Source of the DNA: a virus
Length of the DNA stretch: 39,408 nucleotides
UHGV virus genome: UHGV-0070365
Direction: 5' to 3' (one strand)
Below, one piece after another: positions 32,738 to 39,408 of the stretch (the stretch's first letter is position 1; each line of letters starts with the position of its first letter). The notes below the pieces were generated by a model, which did not search any database, was not told the DNA's origin, and saw only the letters and a list, made by a program, of their open reading frames with translations. A program made the translations under genes and the position numbers.

Positions 32738-33127
32738 CTAACATTTTCTTTTTACTTTTCCAACAAAAGCTTTGGTTGAATCCATATTTCCATAACCGGA
32801 AATGGTTTTTGACATTAAAACTGTTCCAGTAGGATGTATTACCCATGAGTCGATAACGCGTTGAGTTTCGCCATTCGCGCCGATTCCTATGATGGAGTTT
32901 TTAGACAATGCTTTGTAAGCCATGCCGCCCGCATCTGTCCCAGAATATGTGATGCTGGCATCTTCACCGCTTGTCTTAATGATGAATGTTCCACTAAAAC
33001 CATCTTCTTCCGGATGGAAATTATTTCGTTCTGAATAGCTTATTCCGCGCATATCTCCAACGACCCAGCACTCTGCTGTAGCCCCAAAAGATATGAATAA
33101 GAACATAGCAGCAAGAAATTGCTTCAC
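32738..33127 (-). CDS. Secreted/periplasmic protein of unknown function (129 aa, GTG start), paralog of rex-position protein
   Basis: SD TAAGGAGGT upstream of GTG; signal peptide (M)KQFLAAMFLFISFGATA; mature N-terminus ECWVV like ECWIV of 7358-7762 product. Confidence 0.6.
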   Translation of the reverse strand: MKQFLAAMFLFISFGATAECWVVGDMRGISYSERNNFHPEEDGFSGTFIIKTSGEDASITYSGTDAGGMAYKALSKNSIIGIGANGETQRVIDSWVIHPTGTVLMSKTISGYGNMDSTKAFVGKVKRKC

Positions 33128-33191
33128 ACCAACCTCCTTAGTTTTGAGCAGAATACCAGATGATAATGTGTAGTTGGAGTAGCGCGGTTGT

Positions 33192-33283
33192 AATGCAAGC
33201 ATTTTGTTTTAGTTTTATGCTTGCTTGTATGTGTGTACAGTGTATATAATGCAAGCATACATCACAACAAAGGTGCTTGCATT
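33192..33283. promoter_or_regulatory. Divergent promoter region with four copies of TGCAAGCA/TGCTTGCA palindromic motif (33192-33203, 33217-33227, 33248-33259, 33273-33284) and TATAAT at 33245-33250
   Basis: Repeated imperfect 12-bp palindromes AATGC-NN-GCATT spaced about 24-32 bp. Confidence 0.5.
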
Positions 33284-34252
33284 ATGACTGAAAAGAAAAG
33301 TGGCGAAGGGAAAGCTAAGGGCGGGATCGCTCGCGCAAAGTCGCTGACTAAAGAGCAGCGTTCTGAAATAGCAAAGAAAGCAGCTGCTGCAAGATGGAAA
33401 AGTAAGATTCTCAGGGCAACTCATCGTGGTAACTTTTTAGATGATTTTGGCATTGATGCTGAATGTTATGTACTGGATGACGAGTCGAAAACTGTCGTTG
33501 TTACGAAAACTGGATTATCTCAGTTGCTAGGGATTGGTGAACATGCCAGGGATTTAGATCAACTGCTTGGCGCTCAGTATATGAGCAAATACCGAGATCT
33601 AGAATTGCAGCGAAAAATGGAAAATCCCTATAAATTTCAACTTACTTCGAAGTCTAAAACCGTTCATCAAGCGTTAGGTTATGACATTACAGCAATTGTT
33701 GATATTGGTAGGGCACTAATAGAAGCCAAAGATAATGACGATCTACCACAATCACGGTTAAAGGCAGCCGCCGCAGCACAGAGACTTATTAATGCCTCCG
33801 CTAAGGCGGGAATTAAGGGGGTTGCGTATGCGCTTGCTGGTTATCGTCCAGAAGTTCAGGCTGTCATTGACGAGTTCAAAGCGTTTGTTCGTGAAGAGGC
33901 TCGTCAATATGAAAAGGAATTTCCAGATGAGCTATACGAGGAGTGGTATCGACTGTACGGCCTGAATAGGCCAGAGAAAGGACGGCCTATTCGTTTTGGG
34001 CAGCTAACCAACATGCAGATATACACCCCGCTAGCAAAGAGTAAAGGTAAAATCCTTGAACAAATTAGAGCCAGCCGAGACGAGAACGGAAAACAATCTG
34101 ATAAGTTGCATCTGTTCCTTTCTGAAATTGGTGTCAAGGCTTTGCGTCAGCATATCGGTAAGCTTCTTGGTGTCGCAGCGATGAGTGAGACAAGAGAAGA
34201 ATACGAAAAAGGAATAGAAAAGGTTTTCGGAAGAATGAAACCAGAAATCTAA
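33284..34252 (+). CDS. Uncharacterised protein with basic putative DNA-binding N-terminus (322 aa)
   Basis: N-terminal KGGIARAKSLTKEQRSEIAKKAAAARWKS; no TM segments; lies in sieA/immI position. Confidence 0.55.
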   Translation: MTEKKSGEGKAKGGIARAKSLTKEQRSEIAKKAAAARWKSKILRATHRGNFLDDFGIDAECYVLDDESKTVVVTKTGLSQLLGIGEHARDLDQLLGAQYMSKYRDLELQRKMENPYKFQLTSKSKTVHQALGYDITAIVDIGRALIEAKDNDDLPQSRLKAAAAAQRLINASAKAGIKGVAYALAGYRPEVQAVIDEFKAFVREEARQYEKEFPDELYEEWYRLYGLNRPEKGRPIRFGQLTNMQIYTPLAKSKGKILEQIRASRDENGKQSDKLHLFLSEIGVKALRQHIGKLLGVAAMSETREEYEKGIEKVFGRMKPEI

Positions 34253-34260
34253 TTATGAAA

Positions 34261-34282
34261 CCCACCGTCAGGTGGGTTTTTT
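34261..34282. terminator. Bidirectional terminator hairpin (CCCACC-GTCA-GGTGGG then T6) shared by convergent genes
   Basis: Perfect 6-bp stem; mnt stop codon lies in loop. Confidence 0.7.
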
Positions 34283-34519
34283 GTACAAATCCTTCAGCGT
34301 ATCAAACACCATCTTCTTAACAAGTTCAGACTGCTCATCAGCGATGCGTTCCGCATCGTCTCGATAGCCTGAAATTTTGGATGGCTTTGATACAGCATCA
34401 GTCACTATCTGAACTAATTCTGAATTAAGAGAGCGGCCATTGGATTTGGCTCGCTGTTTTAGTTTTTCCTTTAATTCGTAAGGTAGCCGCAGATTAAATT
34501 GCGGGTCATCTCTTCCCAT
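34268..34519 (-). CDS. mnt: Mnt repressor, ribbon-helix-helix (83 aa)
   Basis: MGRDDPQFNLRLPYELKEKLKQRAKSNGRSLNSELVQIV...YRDDAERIADEQSELVKKMVFDTLKDLYKKPT, P22 Mnt-like. Confidence 0.85.
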   Translation of the reverse strand: MGRDDPQFNLRLPYELKEKLKQRAKSNGRSLNSELVQIVTDAVSKPSKISGYRDDAERIADEQSELVKKMVFDTLKDLYKKPT

Positions 34520-34582
34520 TCTTGATGCCTCACTTTTGTAAGTGGATCGGCATCATATGATCTACTGGTTATATCCACAATA

Positions 34583-34597
34583 AGACCACTGTGGTCT
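34583..34597. promoter_or_regulatory. Omnt: Mnt operator-like perfect palindrome AGACCAC-T-GTGGTCT
   Basis: 15-bp palindrome between mnt and tailspike start. Confidence 0.6.
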
Positions 34598-34654
34598 CAA
34601 TGACGCATTGCCGTAGCCATGCTGCGGTGATTCCTTGTATCTGGAGCAAATTAA

Positions 34655-36634
34655 ATGACAGACATTACAGCCAATGTGATCGTATCAATGCCATCGCAAC
34701 TCTTCACTATGGCGCGTTCTTTTAAAGCCGTAGCCAATGGCAAAATTTATATCGGAAAAATTGACACTGACCCGGTAAATCCTGAAAACCAGATTCAGGT
34801 TTATGTGGAGAACGAAGACGGTTCTCACGTCCCTGTTTCGCAACCAATCATCATTAACGCTGCTGGATATCCGGTATATAACGGACAGATTGCCAAGTTC
34901 GTAACTGTGCAAGGCCATTCTATGGCTGTTTATGATGCATACGGTGCTCAGCAGTTTTATTTTCCGAATGTTCTGAAGTACGATCCTGACAGATTGCGAC
35001 AGGATTTAGCGCTTCCAACAGGCGCTGAGCTTGTAGGCGTGCAACCACAAGGAAATCTTTCGCAAGTCATTCAGTTTGTATCTCCAGAGCAGTTTGGCGC
35101 CATCGGAGATGGTACGGTTCATCCATTATCTGAGCGTTATGCGACTCTTGCAGCAGCGCAGGCAGTATACCCATTCGTAACATCTCTGACGCAGACCATC
35201 GACTGGGCTGCATGCCAGTTGGCAGAAAACCTTAACAGGAAGGTTAGGCCCATTCATGTTGCCAAGTTTAAAAAATATCACCTTGGTGACAACTATCTCA
35301 AGTTGGGCCCATATTCTACATGGATTGCCCTACCGTTAAATGACTTCGTATGGGATACAGGATTTATCCGCAGCGTACCTACAGATTATTCCTCATACGC
35401 ATTTGGGCAGTTGTGCATTGTTAGAGTCGGTGACGCGTCAGAATTTACTGGTGATGGCGTTACCGGAAGCAATGTGCGAAATATTACCTTTAAGGGGTTT
35501 CAGCTTAGATGGGATGTGGCCAGACACACTCCTTCTAAGGGCGTTGGGACCATCTGCCTGCATATGAATAATGCCATGAAGATGAATCTTGATGTTTGCC
35601 TTTATGGCGGTGAGTTCGCTGCTTTCGGGTACTCATGCTGGGGCACTCAGGGTAGTATAAAAATAGACTCATGCCATAAGGGGATATATTGGGATGCCGT
35701 GAGTAAAACCCCGGAAAAATCCACAGAGGGAGGCAGCACAACGTCGCATAATATTGAATTACAAATCGACCATACGATTTTCCCTGTCTACCTTAGAAAT
35801 TGTAACTACGCTAAATTCCACGGCTGGTTCGAAGGAGCCTTGACGTCGATGGCTCACTATGATTACACAAACGAGACTGCAATGGGCATTACCCTTGATT
35901 CGTGTGACGGGGTAATTTTTGATATGGGAGTAGAGGCGTGGCAAGGAGCTTTACTGAATTGCATAGGTTCCGTTGAGGCTGAGTTTTCTTTTGCGATGCT
36001 TCCTAGTGAGATTCTACCATCGGGACTAGGTACGCAGGGGGTTGCGTATCGCGTAAGGTCGTTAATGTCTGCAACTGATGAGACGGCGATACCTAACGCT
36101 GATAGAAGTCTGTCTTATGTTAACGGATACAGCACCGTAACGATTAAGCACTGGCAGCCCGTTGTGAATCCATGGCCGACAGATGGAACAACGAAATATG
36201 TTACATCTGTTGACACAACAAGCAAAGTGACCTTCCAGGATTGCGGAGTAAACTTAGGCGGCGCTCCTGCACTCGGCGGCGGTGATGCTAGACTCAAGCT
36301 AGCACCAGCTAACTACGCTAATATAGAGGCTATAGGCGGGATGTACATAGAGCGCTATTTAAAGCCAAGCTCCTCATACGATTATGCAGGGAGATCTGTA
36401 TCTGTGCATAATTCGTGGCAGGGAGCTAAGATTGCTGCTGATGGCACTGTTACCATAACAGCTCCAGCAAACTTTAAAATAGTCGATTTTACGGCTATGG
36501 TAGGTGTCAGCACAAATGCTCAGCCATCCGGAGTTGGAATAAAATCCAGAAGCGATGCGTCTATAGTCCTACAAACTACAGCTAACGCGTCCTATGGTAT
36601 TAACTATAAATTGTGGGTTAAGCCAACATTGTAA
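34655..36634 (+). CDS. Tailspike protein: P22/Sf6-type N-terminal head-binding domain plus divergent receptor-binding domain (659 aa)
   Basis: N-terminus [59 protein letters not shown] matches P22 gp9 head-binding domain; remainder dissimilar. Confidence 0.85.
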   Translation: MTDITANVIVSMPSQLFTMARSFKAVANGKIYIGKIDTDPVNPENQIQVYVENEDGSHVPVSQPIIINAAGYPVYNGQIAKFVTVQGHSMAVYDAYGAQQFYFPNVLKYDPDRLRQDLALPTGAELVGVQPQGNLSQVIQFVSPEQFGAIGDGTVHPLSERYATLAAAQAVYPFVTSLTQTIDWAACQLAENLNRKVRPIHVAKFKKYHLGDNYLKLGPYSTWIALPLNDFVWDTGFIRSVPTDYSSYAFGQLCIVRVGDASEFTGDGVTGSNVRNITFKGFQLRWDVARHTPSKGVGTICLHMNNAMKMNLDVCLYGGEFAAFGYSCWGTQGSIKIDSCHKGIYWDAVSKTPEKSTEGGSTTSHNIELQIDHTIFPVYLRNCNYAKFHGWFEGALTSMAHYDYTNETAMGITLDSCDGVIFDMGVEAWQGALLNCIGSVEAEFSFAMLPSEILPSGLGTQGVAYRVRSLMSATDETAIPNADRSLSYVNGYSTVTIKHWQPVVNPWPTDGTTKYVTSVDTTSKVTFQDCGVNLGGAPALGGGDARLKLAPANYANIEAIGGMYIERYLKPSSSYDYAGRSVSVHNSWQGAKIAADGTVTITAPANFKIVDFTAMVGVSTNAQPSGVGIKSRSDASIVLQTTANASYGINYKLWVKPTL

Positions 36635-36649
36635 AGGCCCTTACGGGCC

Positions 36650-38080
36650 TTATTTAAGCATTACATGAAAATGGTTGCCTGAGTGGATTATGAAGTAACG
36701 GCTATCCTTAAATACAGTAGTGTCGTTATTATTTTTCATTGATTCCATCTCTGCAAAAATTCCATAATGTTTCAGCATTATCATTCCTGACCAGTTATAC
36801 AAAGGCATTACCATCCACTTAAGGGAAGGGAATCTCTTAAATTCCATGTCAGTAGAGACGGCGGTAGATATCTGGCCAGAGATAAACACCTTTTTGCCAT
36901 CCAGTTTAGGTGGCAACGAAGATGCTATATCATAGAACACCTTATCTTCGAGCGAGCGCTGATGCTTACTTGCATTTCCATATGCAGACGAGTAAGACAA
37001 GGAGAACATTACAGGAATAATGCATGCGATAGTTGTTAGTCTTTTTGATGGCAACATTGATGCCAGATAGCCGATAAGCAGCATAAACCCCGGAACTCCC
37101 ATCATTACGCGAGGAGCAACCACAGTCTTATCTATAAATATAAATGGCCCAGCAATTGAGAACAGTGTCACTGCAATGCCCGAAGAAAACACAGCAAAAC
37201 CAATAATTTTTGATGTTAAAGAAAGCTCAGACTTTGCCACTCTGAAAGACAGAATTATCAAGCCAACAGTCGCAACTACAATAATCAGTACCCAAGCCAT
37301 GTAAAGCGAGTCATTCATGAGGCTTGATGCGATATTCCAGAATCTTTCAAAGTTGTAAAGCAGGCTTTTAGCCGGATCATCAGCTTTTAATACAAGATCT
37401 GAGTGAACATTCTTCGACAAGAAGAATGGGGTCACACCCTTCATGTAGATTATAATCCCAATAATTGCGCTGGCCGCTCTTTCGGCAGACATTCGCAATG
37501 CATCTGTTCCGCTTCCCCTACTGTAAAGTACGTAAGCTATTTCTATGGCGCACAAAGATAGGAACACATTTATTGTTGCTTGATAGAGACTCAAGGCAAG
37601 CACAAGGCATACAGCCCCAAATAGCACCCTAAACGCCAACTTCCATGATGCTGCCATTTTAGAGTAAGGTAAAACGGCAAGGAAAACTCCAAGCATCATG
37701 GGGAGGGAGTCAAAGTGATAAGAAAGATTTTGAAGGAAGAAAGGGCTTAATGAAAATAAAGAAAAAACTAATCCTGAAGCAATGCCGCGACTGATTGCAA
37801 ACCTGCAATAAAGAATGACTGACGAAGCACCAAGGAATGTGCCGGCAAGTATCAGTGATAATGGGAAAGAATCGACAACAAATCCAGATCCAAACCCAAG
37901 TGACATGACAACAACATCAGATAAAGGTCGGCCAAGCACGCCCCAATACGCTTCACCATTCGCAGCCCTAAGTATATCATCCTGATATAGAACGCCTGAA
38001 AGCAGGATTGGCAACACAAAGAGTGCTGTAATCAAGGAAATTACCCAACACCCGCTATCAAATTTATTCAACTTCAACAT
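36650..38080 (-). CDS. Serotype-specific O-antigen glucosyltransferase (GtrC-type, polytopic membrane protein, 476 aa)
   Basis: Multi-TM protein directly downstream of gtrB in a gtrA-gtrB-gtrX operon. Confidence 0.7.
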   Translation of the reverse strand: MLKLNKFDSGCWVISLITALFVLPILLSGVLYQDDILRAANGEAYWGVLGRPLSDVVVMSLGFGSGFVVDSFPLSLILAGTFLGASSVILYCRFAISRGIASGLVFSLFSLSPFFLQNLSYHFDSLPMMLGVFLAVLPYSKMAASWKLAFRVLFGAVCLVLALSLYQATINVFLSLCAIEIAYVLYSRGSGTDALRMSAERAASAIIGIIIYMKGVTPFFLSKNVHSDLVLKADDPAKSLLYNFERFWNIASSLMNDSLYMAWVLIIVVATVGLIILSFRVAKSELSLTSKIIGFAVFSSGIAVTLFSIAGPFIFIDKTVVAPRVMMGVPGFMLLIGYLASMLPSKRLTTIACIIPVMFSLSYSSAYGNASKHQRSLEDKVFYDIASSLPPKLDGKKVFISGQISTAVSTDMEFKRFPSLKWMVMPLYNWSGMIMLKHYGIFAEMESMKNNNDTTVFKDSRYFIIHSGNHFHVMLK

Positions 38081-38999
38081 TTTTATTCCTTTGTTTTAGA
38101 ATAAATCTCGGGCGCTGCTTGGACTCAACATATATCCTGCCAATGTACTCACCAAGAACGCCAATGCCAATCAATTGAACCCCGCCAAGGAACAGAATAG
38201 AGACAAGCAGGGATGGATATCCACGTACAGCATTGCCGAAGGCCAGTGTGTCGATAATCATCCAAGCACCGTACAGAAACGCCACTCCAGCTACGAACAG
38301 GCCAATGTAAGTCCACATGCGCAACGGGAAAGTAGAGAAGCTTGTGATTCCCTCAAGTGCCAGGTTCCACAGTTTCCATCCATTAAATTTAGTACTGCCT
38401 GCCACTCGTTCTGCGCGTGCATACTCGACAACATCAGTGCGGCCGCCAACCCAACTCAGCACACCTTTCATAAAAAGGTTGCGCTCTGGCATAAGCTTAA
38501 TGTTTTCGACAACTTCACGGCTCATTAACCGGAAATCGCCGACATTCTCCTCGATCTTTGGGTTGCTTATTTTGTTGTGCAATTTATAAAACCACTCTGC
38601 CGTTTTGCGTTTCAGTCGTCCGTCAGTTGAGCGATCAGTTCGCTTAGCCAGCACCATATCAGAGCCTGCCTGCCACTTTTCGATGAGGTGGGGAATAACC
38701 TCAATCGGATCTTGCAGGTCAACATCAATTGGAATTACAGCATCTCCGGTTGCATGGTCTAGCCCTGCAAACAATGCTGGTTCTTTACCAAAGTTTCGTG
38801 TAAATGACAGCGGAACAACCAGCGGGTCTGAAACAGCCAGAGCATTAATAATTGACTCCGTAGCGTCTTTGCTTCCGTCATTTATGAAAACAATTTCCAC
38901 TTCATATGGCTTCAACTCTTTGAACTCACGTACCGTTTTATAAAAAATTGGTATCGCTTCTTCTTCATTGAAGACAGGAACTACAAGAGATATCTTCAT
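38064..38999 (-). CDS. gtrB: Bactoprenol glucosyltransferase GtrB (311 aa)
   Basis: GT2 family motifs (VVPVFNEEE, DxD), C-terminal TM helices. Confidence 0.9.
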   Translation of the reverse strand: MKISLVVPVFNEEEAIPIFYKTVREFKELKPYEVEIVFINDGSKDATESIINALAVSDPLVVPLSFTRNFGKEPALFAGLDHATGDAVIPIDVDLQDPIEVIPHLIEKWQAGSDMVLAKRTDRSTDGRLKRKTAEWFYKLHNKISNPKIEENVGDFRLMSREVVENIKLMPERNLFMKGVLSWVGGRTDVVEYARAERVAGSTKFNGWKLWNLALEGITSFSTFPLRMWTYIGLFVAGVAFLYGAWMIIDTLAFGNAVRGYPSLLVSILFLGGVQLIGIGVLGEYIGRIYVESKQRPRFILKQRNKNVEVE

Positions 39000-39358
39000 T
39001 TCGCATCCCTAAAGACAATGAACTTTGAATAGACGAAACCGCACACCAGGCTGATGGCGGAGAAGGTGACGAGAGTGACAATTGGAGGAAGTGAACATCT
39101 ATCAGCAGCCCATCCAACAGTTGCACTCAGTGTTCCCATGAACCCGACATATAACATGTAGCGCATCGTTGTAGTTGATGCTTTGAATGTGAATTTTGCA
39201 TTCGCGAAGAAGCTAAAACTCACAGCCACAACAAAACCTGCGAAGTTTGCCAGAGCCTGATTGGTATGCGCGGCATAGATACATACACCAAAAACCACCC
39301 AGTGTATAAGGGTGTTCAGCACGCCAATAGAGGTGTACTTTGCAAATAGTTTTAACAT
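38996..39358 (-). CDS. gtrA: GtrA flippase (120 aa)
   Basis: [59 protein letters not shown]...; 4-TM GtrA family. Confidence 0.9.
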   Translation of the reverse strand: MLKLFAKYTSIGVLNTLIHWVVFGVCIYAAHTNQALANFAGFVVAVSFSFFANAKFTFKASTTTMRYMLYVGFMGTLSATVGWAADRCSLPPIVTLVTFSAISLVCGFVYSKFIVFRDAK

Positions 39359-39408
39359 TTCTTCTATCAGCTAATAATCAAAGGCATGAAGTCTATCATC
39401 CAAGTCTC

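Overview
The window is almost an entire mosaic lambdoid prophage, running from the attL P' arm (1-52) to an O-antigen gtrABC cluster at the right edge. Gene calls rest on recalled protein similarity and sequence motifs read directly; no database search was run. Leftward arm: lambda-type int/xis, an Ea8.5/Ea22-like accessory cluster, a RecT recombinase with a Gp157-like partner, cIII-like, ral and N with nutL. Immunity region: phage 434-type cI/cro with three exact ACAA-N6-TTGT operators on each side, plus a secreted-protein gene translationally coupled to cI in the position where lambda carries rexAB. Rightward arm: cII, O-like initiator with iterons, DnaB-type helicase, lambda-like nin genes (ninB to ninI), Q, a 900-bp non-coding spacer, and lambda S/R/Rz/Rz1. 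The structural module is P22/Sf6-like (podovirus): small and large terminase, portal, scaffold, coat, gp4/gp10/needle, three ejection proteins, Mnt repressor and tailspike. Most notable: two paralogous signal-peptide proteins at two different moron sites; an uncharacterised 322-aa basic protein behind an array of palindromic sites; Mnt with an operator but no arc/ant; and a portal gene split by a single in-frame TAG.
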